Source of the DNA: Actinomycetota bacterium | Lineage (GTDB): Bacteria; Desulfobacterota; Deferrimicrobia; Deferrimicrobiales; Deferrimicrobiaceae | Direction: 5' to 3' | Assembly: GCA_050258195.1 (NCBI GenBank) | Contig: JBLMYI010000017.1 | Location: 1 to 49,621, forward strand | Length of the DNA stretch: 49,621 nucleotides | Shown here: piece by piece, positions 10,621-20,161 of the stretch | Position numbering within the stretch: the first letter of the stretch is position 1 | Layout: each line of letters starts with the position of its first letter | Position numbers and translations under genes: made by a program | Notes under the pieces: model-generated | What the model was told of the DNA's origin: nothing | Database searches by the model: none | What the model saw: the letters and a program-made list of their open reading frames with translations, nothing else

Positions 10621-10960
10621 CGAGTGCATTTTCTGCAGGATCGCGAGGAAAGAGGTTCCGACGAAGCCCGTCTACGAGGACCACGACCTGCTCGCGTTCG
10701 ACGACATCCGCCCGGTGGCGCCGGTCCACGTGCTCATCGTCCCGAAGGAGCACATGGTCAACCTGAACGACGCGGGGAAGAACGACGTACCCTTGCTTGG
10801 GAAGGCGCTCCGCCTGGCGGCGAAGATCGCCGACGAGAGGGGGGTCGCCGAGTCGGGATACCGGGTCGTGGTGAACAACGGGGAACAGGGGGGTCAGATC
10901 GTACCGCACCTGCACTTCCACCTCGTCGGCGGGCGGCCCCTCGCCCCCGGGCTGGGGTGA
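10613..10960 (+). CDS. HIT (histidine triad) family protein
   Basis: N-terminal CIFCRI and the histidine triad HLHFHLVGG. The ATG overlaps the hisI stop (ATGAGTGA). Confidence 0.88.
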   Translation: MSDECIFCRIARKEVPTKPVYEDHDLLAFDDIRPVAPVHVLIVPKEHMVNLNDAGKNDVPLLGKALRLAAKIADERGVAESGYRVVVNNGEQGGQIVPHLHFHLVGGRPLAPGLG

Positions 10961-10976
10961 CCCGGGAGGATCTTCC

Positions 10977-11004
10977 TTGACGTGTTGTGGAAGAGGTATA
11001 TAAT
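10977..11004 (+). promoter_or_regulatory. Sigma70-type promoter of the rpsU-dnaG-rpoD operon
   Basis: TTGACG (10977-10982), a 16-nt spacer, then TATAAT (10999-11004). It sits in the only strongly AT-rich patch of the window, about 50 nt upstream of rpsU. Confidence 0.6.
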
Positions 11005-11051
11005 ACTATAATTTTCGGCTGTTACTTGGCAATGGAAGGGGTGATCCATAC

Positions 11052-11249
11052 ATGCCGGGCGTCCGCGTGAAGGAAGAGGAGCCCTTCGAAAGCGTACTGA
11101 AGCGATTCAAGAAGCAGTGCGAGAAGGCCGGGATCCTTTCGGAAATCCGCAAGCGGGAGCATTACGAAAAGCCCAGCGTCAAGAAGAAGAAGAAGACGCT
11201 GGCGGCCAGGAAGCGCGCGTTGAAGAAATTGAAGAAGATGACCAGGTAA
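11052..11249 (+). CDS. rpsU: 30S ribosomal protein S21
   Basis: 65 aa, very basic, with [22 protein letters not shown]. Confidence 0.95.
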   Translation: MPGVRVKEEEPFESVLKRFKKQCEKAGILSEIRKREHYEKPSVKKKKKTLAARKRALKKLKKMTR

Positions 11250-11256
11250 TCGCTGA

Positions 11257-11727
11257 TTGGGACTCAAGGAGCAGTTGCATAAGGATATGCAGGCGGCGGC
11301 CAAGGAGCGCAACTCCTTGGCCCTTTCTGCTTTGCGGATGGCCGTGGCCGCGGTGCGGAACCGGGAGATCGAGGCGGTCACCCGCAAGGAGATGCCGCAG
11401 GGGGGAACGCTCCCCGAGGAGGCGATCCTCAAGGTGATCGCCGGGATGGTAAAGCAGCGCCGCGAATCGATCGGGTTGTTCCTCCAGGGAAACCGCCCGG
11501 AGCTCGCCGCGAAGGAGGAGAGCGAGATCGCCGTCCTCGATCGGTATCTCCCGAAGGCGCTCACCGCGGCGGAGGTCGAGGCGGCCGCCCGCGAGGCGAT
11601 CGCGGAAACCGGCGCCGCCCTCCCGTCCGACATGGGGCGCGTCATGAAGGCACTCATGCCGAAGGTGGCGGGCCGGGCCGATGGCAAGGCGGTCAGCGAA
11701 ACGGTCCGGCGCCTCCTGGCGAAGTAG
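11257..11727 (+). CDS. GatB/YqeY domain-containing protein
   Basis: The N-terminus (LKEQLHKDMQAAAKERN..L..LRM) matches the YqeY pattern. It sits directly after rpsU, as in many bacteria. TTG start. Confidence 0.85.
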   Translation: MGLKEQLHKDMQAAAKERNSLALSALRMAVAAVRNREIEAVTRKEMPQGGTLPEEAILKVIAGMVKQRRESIGLFLQGNRPELAAKEESEIAVLDRYLPKALTAAEVEAAAREAIAETGAALPSDMGRVMKALMPKVAGRADGKAVSETVRRLLAK

Positions 11728-11760
11728 CGGCCCCGGGGACCGCTACACTTAGGGAGACTT

Positions 11761-13512
11761 TTGGGAGGTCGGATCTCCGAGAGCACGATCCGGGAAGTAC
11801 GGGACCGGGCGGACATCGTGGAGGTGGTCTCCGAGACGGTCCCCCTGTCCCGGGCCGGAGCGAGTTTCCGCGGTCTGTGCCCCTTCCACCGGGAAAAGAC
11901 GCCGTCGTTCTTCGTCCACCCCGCCCGGCAGGCCTTCAAGTGCTTCGGCTGCGGGGAGGGGGGGTCGGTCTTCCACTTCCTGATGAAGGCGCGCAACCTT
12001 TCCTTCGCGGACTCGGTCGAGGAGCTCGCGGAGCGGTACGGCGTGGCGGTCCGGTACGAAGGTGGAGCGGTCCGTTCGCGGCCGCAAGAGGATCTGTACG
12101 CCCTGCTCCGCCTCGCGGCGGACACGTACCGCGAACTTCTGGGCTCCCCCGCCGGAAAGGCCGGGAGGGAGTTTCTGCGGCGGCGGGAAGTGACCCCCGA
12201 AGCCGTGCGCGAGTTCGCCCTCGGATGGTGCGGCGCGGGCGGCGAGCTGGTCTCCGCGCTGAAGCGGGCGGGGATCGACCCGGCCCGGGGCGAGGCGGCG
12301 GGCCTTCTTCTCCCTTCCGGGGGCGGGCACCGGGAGCGGTTCCGGGGGCGCGTGCTCTTCCCGATCGGCGACGCAAGGGGTCGCATCTGCGGTTTCGGGG
12401 GCCGGGCGGTGGACGAATCCGTCCCGAAGTACCTCAACTCCCCCGAGTCCGAGCTGTACCGGAAAAGTTCCCTCCTGTACGGCCTGTTCCAGGCACTCCC
12501 CGCCATCCGGAGCGAGGGCCGCGTCCTGGTGGTCGAAGGGTACATGGACCTGATCGGCCTGTGGCAGAAAGGGGTCCGGGGCGTCGTGGCGACGTGCGGG
12601 ACCTCGCTCACGGAGAGCCACGCCAGAACGCTGAAGCGTTTGTCGGAAAATGTCATCCTCTTCTACGACGGCGACGTGGCCGGGAAAAAAGCGGCGGTGC
12701 GTTCCGGAGGCCCCTTGTACGCGGCGGGAGTGAGCCCGAAAGCCCTGTTTCCCCCGAAGGGAATGGATCCGGACGACTGGGCGAAGGGGGCGTCGACGGA
12801 GGAGTTGACCCGGCGCATCGCGGGGGCGGTTCCCCTCATGGAGTCGATCGAGCGCGGGGCCTCCCGGAAGTACGATCTCGCGACCATTTCCGGGAAGCTT
12901 TCGTACGTGCAGCTGATGGCGAAATATCTTCGATGGGTGACCGATCCGGCGGAGCGGGAGCTTTACGCGCAGCGGGTGGCGCAGACGTCGGGGCTCCCTG
13001 TGGACACGATCCACCGCCAGGTCGGGCCGTCGGAGCCTCCGTCCGTCGGGGAAGGGAGCGTCCCGCCGAGAAGGAAGGATCTCCGTGTCGAGGAGAGCCA
13101 TCTCCTGCGGCTGCTGGCCGTGGACCCCTCCCTCGCCGTCACGGCGCGCGGGGACGGGGTCGGGGAGCTACTCTCCGGCGACGACGCCCGGGAAGCCCTC
13201 GAGCACCTGGCGGGCCTGGCCGAGCGGACCCCCGGGGAGACGGGATTCCCGCTCGGGGAGGACCTCCCCGACGGCGCGCGGAAGCTTCTGTCCGCCGAGC
13301 TCGTGCTGGCGGACGTCACCCCGGAGGAGGCGCGCAGGCGCTACCCGGGGGCGGTCCTTTCCCTCCGGATCCGACGGGCCCGGGAGAAGACCGAGGAGTT
13401 GCAGGAGAAGGTGAAGGATGCGTCGGGCGAGGAGGCTTCGCTGCTCTTCGACCGGGTGGTCGCCGCGAAGCGGGAGCTGGAGCGGCTGGAATCGGAACGC
13501 AGATCCCGATGA
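11761..13512 (+). CDS. dnaG: DNA primase
   Basis: Zinc finger CPFHREKTPSF....CFGCGEGG and TOPRIM motifs (VVEGYMDLI, FYDGDVAGKKA). Confidence 0.93.
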   Translation: MGGRISESTIREVRDRADIVEVVSETVPLSRAGASFRGLCPFHREKTPSFFVHPARQAFKCFGCGEGGSVFHFLMKARNLSFADSVEELAERYGVAVRYEGGAVRSRPQEDLYALLRLAADTYRELLGSPAGKAGREFLRRREVTPEAVREFALGWCGAGGELVSALKRAGIDPARGEAAGLLLPSGGGHRERFRGRVLFPIGDARGRICGFGGRAVDESVPKYLNSPESELYRKSSLLYGLFQALPAIRSEGRVLVVEGYMDLIGLWQKGVRGVVATCGTSLTESHARTLKRLSENVILFYDGDVAGKKAAVRSGGPLYAAGVSPKALFPPKGMDPDDWAKGASTEELTRRIAGAVPLMESIERGASRKYDLATISGKLSYVQLMAKYLRWVTDPAERELYAQRVAQTSGLPVDTIHRQVGPSEPPSVGEGSVPPRRKDLRVEESHLLRLLAVDPSLAVTARGDGVGELLSGDDAREALEHLAGLAERTPGETGFPLGEDLPDGARKLLSAELVLADVTPEEARRRYPGAVLSLRIRRAREKTEELQEKVKDASGEEASLLFDRVVAAKRELERLESERRSR

Positions 13513-13527
13513 CGAGGTGAAGCGCAG

Positions 13528-15318
<1,791 letters not shown>

Positions 15319-15335
15319 GAAAGGCGCTGATGGCG

Positions 15336-15365
15336 TTGACACCCCGGGAACGGGCGGAAGATAAT
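15336..15365 (+). promoter_or_regulatory. Candidate sigma70 promoter for the tRNA gene
   Basis: TTGACA (15336-15341), an 18-nt spacer, then GATAAT (15360-15365). It ends about 28 nt upstream of the tRNA 5' end. Confidence 0.45.
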
Positions 15366-15393
15366 GAAAAAATGACCTGGCGTTCCTCGGGTT

Positions 15394-15470
15394 GGGCCCA
15401 TAGCTCAGTTGGTCAGAGCCACCGGCTCATAACCGGTCGGTCCCTGGTTCGAGGCCAGGTGGGCCCACCA
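15394..15470 (+). tRNA. tRNA with CAT anticodon, either elongator Met or lysidine-dependent Ile2; acceptor-stem features favour Ile2
   Basis: 77-nt cloverleaf folded by hand: 7-bp acceptor stem GGGCCCA/TGGGCCC, D arm GCTC/GAGC, anticodon arm ACCGG-CTCATAA-CCGGT, T arm CCTGG-TTCGAGG-CCAGG, and an encoded CCA. The paired G1-C72 excludes an initiator. C4-G69 and C5-G68 are present. Confidence 0.92.
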
Positions 15471-15525
15471 ATATCGACGTTGCCATGGGGCCTGGCATGA
15501 GCAGGCCCGCGATGGACACGGCACG

Positions 15526-15556
15526 AAATGCACCGGCTACCGGTGCATTTTTATTT
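15526..15556 (+). terminator. Rho-independent terminator after the tRNA
   Basis: AAATGCACCGG-CTA-CCGGTGCATTTTTATTT. The stem is a perfect 8-bp GC-rich core extended by A:T pairs, with a 3-nt loop and a T-run. The upstream A-tract could make it bidirectional. Confidence 0.7.
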
Positions 15557-15573
15557 CGGGCCCGGGTGCCGGC

Positions 15574-16728
15574 GTGAGCCGCGGCGCAGCGGTCACGGTA
15601 AACGACGTGTGGCGGGCGCTCGACGAACGTTTTCCGTTCGCCCACTGCGCCGACTGGGACAACGTGGGGATCCTGCTGGGCGACCCCGACGCTCCCGTCC
15701 GGTCGGTCCTCATCGCGCTCGACGCCACCCCGGCGGTGATCGCGCGCCTTCGAAGGCGCTCCGCCGATCTCCTTGTGACGCACCACCCCGTAGTGTTCAC
15801 CCCCCTGAAATCCGTCCGTCCCGACCCGGGCCCCTCCGCCGCAGCGTTCGCCCTGCTGCGGATGGGCGTGGCGGTCATCTCCGCGCACACCAACGCCGAC
15901 GCGGCTCCGCGGGGCGTTTCGTACGCGATGGGCCGCCGCCTGCGGCTGCGCGGGATGCGCCCGCTGATCCCCGGCGAGCCGTCCTCCGGCGCCTGCAAGA
16001 TCGTGGTGTTCGTTCCGCCCTCCCACGCGGAGGACGTCCTGGGCGCCGTCGCGGAGGCGGGGGGAGCGCGGATCGGAGCGTATTCCCGCTGTTCCTTCCG
16101 GGCCTCCGGGACCGGCACGTTCCTCGGGGGACCGGATTCCACCCCGCGCATCGGCGCGCCGGGAGCGGAGGAACGCGTCGAGGAGGTCCGGCTCGAGACG
16201 GTCGCTCCGGGGAGCCGGGTGCGGGCGGTGATGCGCGCGGTGCGGGAGGCGCACCCGTACGAGGAGCCGGCGATCGACGTCGTGCCGTTGCGCGAGGGCG
16301 CCCTCGGGGGCGGGATCGGGGTCCTCGGCGAGTTGCCCGAACCGCTTCCGCTCGACCGGGCTCTCGGCGCGGTGCGCCTTGCCCTTCGTCCCTCCTGGAT
16401 CCACGTCGCGGGTCCCCGCCGGAAGACGGTTCGCCGTGTCGCGATCGTGGGGGGGAGCGGGGGGGAGTTCGCCTTCGCGGCGCGGGAGGCCGGAGCGGAC
16501 CTTTACGTCACGGGGGATGTGAAGTACCACCAGGCGCTGGATGCGGCGGCGGGGGACATGGCCGTCGCGGACATCGGGCACGCCTCGGGGGAACGATGGA
16601 TCCTGCCGGAATTCCGGCGGGTCATCGACGCGCACTTTCCGGGGGCCTTGTCGGCCCGTGTCATCATGGAAGAAGAGCCCTTGCGGGCAGTACCCGCGGG
16701 GCGAAGAAGGGGAGGGGAAAAGCCTTGA
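15574..16728 (+). CDS. Nif3-like dinuclear metal center protein (GTP cyclohydrolase 1 type 2 / NIF3 family)
   Basis: DWDNVGILLGD, LLVTHHP and ISAHTNAD motifs, plus an inserted PII-like middle domain. GTG start. Confidence 0.88.
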   Translation: MSRGAAVTVNDVWRALDERFPFAHCADWDNVGILLGDPDAPVRSVLIALDATPAVIARLRRRSADLLVTHHPVVFTPLKSVRPDPGPSAAAFALLRMGVAVISAHTNADAAPRGVSYAMGRRLRLRGMRPLIPGEPSSGACKIVVFVPPSHAEDVLGAVAEAGGARIGAYSRCSFRASGTGTFLGGPDSTPRIGAPGAEERVEEVRLETVAPGSRVRAVMRAVREAHPYEEPAIDVVPLREGALGGGIGVLGELPEPLPLDRALGAVRLALRPSWIHVAGPRRKTVRRVAIVGGSGGEFAFAAREAGADLYVTGDVKYHQALDAAAGDMAVADIGHASGERWILPEFRRVIDAHFPGALSARVIMEEEPLRAVPAGRRRGGEKP

Positions 16729-17453
16729 TGGAGCAAGTGAAGATCCTGATCGACCTGCAGGAGGTCATGAGCCAGGCAAGGAGGCTCGATGAGGAGAAGC
16801 AGAAGATTCCCCTCGAGGTGGCGGATCTGAAAAGCCTCTTCGAAGAGCGCGAGGCGTCGTTCCTGGCGGCGGAGCAGGAATTCGAGACCCTCAAGCAGCA
16901 GCGCCGGGAGAAGGAGCGGGAGATCGAGGAGGAGCGGGACAAGGTCGAGCGGGCGAAGGCGAAACTCATGTCGATCAAGACGAACAAGGAATATTACGCC
17001 ATGCTCAAGGAGATCGAGGGGACCCGGCGGACGAACGCGGCCCGGGAAGAGGAGCTTCTCTCCCTCCTCGCCCGGTTCGAGGAGGCGGAGAAGCGGCTTG
17101 CGGAGCGGAAGGCCGACCTCGACGAGGTGGAGGGGAAATACCGGGAGCGGAGGGTAGAGATCGATGCCCGGATGGGATCCTTCGACGAAGACATCGGGAA
17201 GCTGGACGCCCGCAGGCGCCAGGTGGCGAGCAAGCTGGATCCGTCCCTCGTCCGCCGCTTCGAGATGATCTTCGAACGGCGGGACGGCGTGGCGGTTGTC
17301 GCGGCGAGGAACTATTCCTGCACGGGGTGCCACATGAACATCGCCCCGCAGCTGTTCAACCTTCTGCAGCGGGAGGACCGGATCCACACCTGCCCCAACT
17401 GCAACCGTGTCGTGTACTTCGAGGCGACGGAGATCGAGGCGGCCGGCGAGTGA
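16728..17453 (+). CDS. Coiled-coil protein with C-terminal C4-type zinc ribbon (DUF164 / zf-RING_7; HP0958/CT398 family)
   Basis: Long heptad-rich E/K/R region, then CTGCHMNI....CPNCNRVVY. The ATG overlaps the NIF3 stop (TGATG). Confidence 0.8.
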   Translation: MEQVKILIDLQEVMSQARRLDEEKQKIPLEVADLKSLFEEREASFLAAEQEFETLKQQRREKEREIEEERDKVERAKAKLMSIKTNKEYYAMLKEIEGTRRTNAAREEELLSLLARFEEAEKRLAERKADLDEVEGKYRERRVEIDARMGSFDEDIGKLDARRRQVASKLDPSLVRRFEMIFERRDGVAVVAARNYSCTGCHMNIAPQLFNLLQREDRIHTCPNCNRVVYFEATEIEAAGE

Positions 17454-17866
17454 CTCCCGTCGCCGTCACGGTGCGCGTCGACGGCGCCAGCCGCGGGAAC
17501 CCCGGCCCCTCCGGCGCCGGCGCGGTGATCGAGTTCGGGGACGGGCGGGCGTCGAGGGAGCTTTGCGCCTACCTCGGGGAGACGACGAACAACGTGGCGG
17601 AATACCGCGCGCTGCTCCTGGCGCTCGATGAGGCGGGCCGGCACGCCGTCTCCTCCCTCACCGTCCACTCCGATTCGGAACTCCTCGTCCGGCAGCTGCG
17701 GGGAGAATACAAGGTGAAGGCGGAGCACCTTCGGCCGCTCCACGCGGAAGCGTCCCGGCGGTTGCGCGTATTCCCGGCGGTCCGTATACTGCATGTACCG
17801 CGCGAGGAGAACCGGAGGGCGGATTCCCTGGCGAACCTCGCGATCGATCAGCATCGGAAAGGATAA
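17450..17866 (+). CDS. RNase HI-like ribonuclease H family protein
   Basis: Candidate DEDD residues lie in VDGASRGNPGPSGAG, NNVAEYRALLLAL, HSDSELLV and NRRADSLAN. The GTG overlaps the upstream stop (GTGA). Confidence 0.85.
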   Translation: MTPVAVTVRVDGASRGNPGPSGAGAVIEFGDGRASRELCAYLGETTNNVAEYRALLLALDEAGRHAVSSLTVHSDSELLVRQLRGEYKVKAEHLRPLHAEASRRLRVFPAVRILHVPREENRRADSLANLAIDQHRKG

Positions 17867-17871
17867 GGCGT

Positions 17872-18283
17872 CCGAGGAGGCCAGGTGGCCGCCGGTCCCC
17901 GCGCCGCATCGGCGGGGACGGGAGGAAAGTCCGGGCTCCGCAGGGCAGGGTGCCGGGTAACACCCGGTGGGGGCGACCCCGAGGACAGCGCCACAGAAAA
18001 GACACCGCCTCCCGCCACGGCGGGCGGTAAGGGTGAAATGGTGAGGTAAGAGCTCACCGCGCGACGGGCGATCGTCGCGGCATGGCAAACCCCACCCGGA
18101 GCAAGATCAAATAGGAGGGCGACCCCGCGGCGGCTCCGCCGCCGGCGGGGGAAGGGCGGCCCGCCCGGGGCCCTCGGGTAAAGGTCGCTCAAGGCGGTCG
18201 GCAACGCCCGCCGTAGAGAAATGGCCACCCCGCGGCGATGCGTTCCGTCGCCGCGCACAGAACCCGGCTTACGGCCTCCTCGG
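17872..18283 (+). ncRNA. rnpB: RNase P RNA, bacterial type A
   Basis: The P1 helix pairs CCGAGGAGGCC (17872-) with GGCCTCCTCGG (-18282). Universally conserved blocks are present: GGAGGAAAGTCCGGGCTCC, AGGGTGAAATGGTGAGGTAAGAGCTCACC, CACCCGGAGCAAG..CAAATAGG and ACAGAACCCGGCTTA. Confidence 0.95.
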
Positions 18284-18381
18284 GCGCTTTTTCCCGCACC
18301 CGGCGCACCGCGCTTCCGGTCAGCTCCCCTATCCGGTTTTCCCGTCCCTCGAGGTTTTTTCGGCGAGGGGATCGAAATTCC

Positions 18382-18409
18382 TTGACACCCCCGAAGGTCC
18401 CGTTAAAAT
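18382..18409 (+). promoter_or_regulatory. Pmra-like sigma70 promoter of the dcw cluster
   Basis: TTGACA (18382-18387), a 16-nt spacer, then TAAAAT (18404-18409), about 47 nt upstream of the mraZ GTG. Confidence 0.6.
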
Positions 18410-18418
18410 ACCCGACAA

Positions 18419-18443
18419 GTGGGTAATTGTGGGGAAAGGTGGG
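18419..18443 (+). promoter_or_regulatory. Putative MraZ operator: three GTGGG direct repeats at 10-bp spacing
   Basis: GTGGG at 18419-18423, 18429-18433 and 18439-18443, separated by 5-nt spacers (TAATT, GAAAG). The repeats lie directly downstream of the -10 element. Confidence 0.6.
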
Positions 18444-18455
18444 TAACGGGCCACC

Positions 18456-18908
18456 GTGATCTTCCGGGGACGCTTCGAATATACCATTGACCCGAAAGGC
18501 CGGGTCAACATCCCCGCGCCATTCCGCGACCGCCTCCAGGAATCCGCCCAGGGATCGTTCTTCCTCACCAACTTCTCGGACTGCCTCTATGCGTTCGCCG
18601 CGGACGACTGGGCGCGGATCGAGGAGCGGCTCTCCCGCGTTCCCAGCACCGACCGGAAGATGAACGCCTTCGTCCGGTTTTTCCTCGGGGGCGCCGTCGA
18701 GGTCGTCCCCGACAAGCAGGGGAGGATCCTCGTTCCACCCTCTCTGCGTTCCTACGCGGGACTCGAAAAGGACGTAGTGATCCTCGGGATGCCCAACCGT
18801 TTCGAGGTCTGGTCGCTCGCCCGGTGGCAGGAGGAGATCGGCCGGTTCGAAAAGGAAGTGCACGAAGACCCGGGGCTGGCGCGGGAGATCAGCGCCCTTG
18901 GGATCTGA
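18456..18908 (+). CDS. mraZ: Transcriptional regulator MraZ
   Basis: Duplicated DxxxR-type motifs (IDPKGRVNIP and PDKQGRILVP). 150 aa. First gene of the dcw cluster. Confidence 0.95.
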   Translation: MIFRGRFEYTIDPKGRVNIPAPFRDRLQESAQGSFFLTNFSDCLYAFAADDWARIEERLSRVPSTDRKMNAFVRFFLGGAVEVVPDKQGRILVPPSLRSYAGLEKDVVILGMPNRFEVWSLARWQEEIGRFEKEVHEDPGLAREISALGI

Positions 18909-19826
18909 GTGGCGCCCGTTCACATCCCCGTTCTTTTACAAGAGACGTTGGAAGGACTGGCCCCCGCCCCCGGCGAGATCTTCCTCGACGGGACGACCGG
19001 AGCCGGCGGGCACGCGGCGGAGATCGCCGCGAGGATCGGCCCCCGGGGTCTCCTGGTCTGCGCCGACGCGGACCCCTCGATGCTCGAGATCGCCGGCCAG
19101 CGGCTCTCGGCGTTCCCCTGGGCGCGGCTCGTCCAGGCGGACTTCGCGGATCTCGACACGCTGCGCGAGGCCGCGGACGGGAGGACGTTCGACGGCGCCC
19201 TGCTGGACCTGGGGATCTCTTCCCTCCAACTCGACGACCCGGCGCGCGGCTTCTCGTTCCGGGTGGAGGGTCCCCTCGACATGCGCCGGGATCCGGACGG
19301 CGGCGGACCGACGGCGGCCGAGCTCCTTCGGGACACGCGGGAGAAGGATCTCGCGGACCTCTTCTTCCGGTTCGGGGAGGAGCGGTTCTCCCGGCGGATC
19401 GCCCGCGCGGTGGTGGAGCGCAGGAAAAGGGAGCCGATCCGGACGACCACCGGGCTCGCGGAACTGGTTTCCTCGGCGATCCCCCGCAGGGCCTGGCCAC
19501 GGGACATCCACCCCGCCACGAGGGTGTTCCAGGCGCTCCGGATCGCCGTCAACCGGGAGATTTCCTCGCTCGAGACGTTCCTCGACGCGATTCCCCGGCA
19601 TCTCTCCCCCGGGGGGCGGGTGGCGGTGATCAGCTTCCACTCGCTGGAGGATCGCCTGGTGAAAACGGCGTTCCGGCGCCGAGCCGCCGGTCCGGGTGAG
19701 GAAGGGCCGACGCTTGAGCAGCTAAACCGCAAGCCGATCGTCCCGTCGGAGCGGGAAGCGCGGGAGAACCCGAGGGCGCGCAGCGCGAAGCTCCGCGCGG
19801 CGCGCCGGCGCGATGGAGGAGACTGA
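18909..19826 (+). CDS. rsmH: 16S rRNA (cytosine1402-N4)-methyltransferase
   Basis: HIPVLL..., DGTTGAGGHA SAM motif, LLDLGISS.QLD and FHSLEDR. Confidence 0.95.
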   Translation: MAPVHIPVLLQETLEGLAPAPGEIFLDGTTGAGGHAAEIAARIGPRGLLVCADADPSMLEIAGQRLSAFPWARLVQADFADLDTLREAADGRTFDGALLDLGISSLQLDDPARGFSFRVEGPLDMRRDPDGGGPTAAELLRDTREKDLADLFFRFGEERFSRRIARAVVERRKREPIRTTTGLAELVSSAIPRRAWPRDIHPATRVFQALRIAVNREISSLETFLDAIPRHLSPGGRVAVISFHSLEDRLVKTAFRRRAAGPGEEGPTLEQLNRKPIVPSEREARENPRARSAKLRAARRRDGGD

Positions 19827-20160
19827 GATGAGAAGGATGATCGTTGGAAACGGCGTGTGCATGATCACGGAGATCCGGAAGGAGCCGCCGGCGGTCGCCG
19901 CGGTCCCCCGGCGACGCGGATTCGCGGCCCTGTTCCTGGCCCTCCTCGGCACCGGGCTGTTCAACGTCTGGCTGTCGGGACAGTGCATCCGCACGGGGTA
20001 CCGGATTTCCGCCGCCCTCGAAGAGAAGCGGACCCTTCAGAAGGAACAGGAAGTTCTCCGGCTGGAGGTGTTGGCGCTGAAGAGCCCCGCCCGCATCCAT
20101 GCCATCGCCCAGAACGATCTGCACATGGTGCCCGCGCAGCTGGACCGGGTGATCCGGTGA
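19813..20160 (+). CDS. ftsL: Cell division protein FtsL-like (single transmembrane segment plus coiled coil)
   Basis: Positioned between rsmH and ftsI. One hydrophobic helix (FAALFLALLGTGLFNVWL) is followed by a leucine-rich coiled coil. Confidence 0.72.
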   Translation: MEETEMRRMIVGNGVCMITEIRKEPPAVAAVPRRRGFAALFLALLGTGLFNVWLSGQCIRTGYRISAALEEKRTLQKEQEVLRLEVLALKSPARIHAIAQNDLHMVPAQLDRVIR

Positions 20161-20161
20161 G

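Noticed and set aside
15394-15573. Whether the tRNA gene acts as a possible integration hotspot (attB), with an island downstream.
   Set aside because: No integrase, no repeat of the tRNA 3' end and no compositional break were seen. The tRNA is followed by a terminator and then core NIF3 / RNase H / rnpB genes.
18346-18369. Hairpin CCCTCG...CGAGGG with a T6 run between rnpB and the mraZ promoter, considered as the rnpB terminator.
   Set aside because: The T-run lies inside the 12-nt loop rather than after the stem, and the stem is only 6 bp, so it is not a convincing intrinsic terminator. The GCGCTTTTT directly after P1 (18283-18291) also lacks a proper local hairpin.
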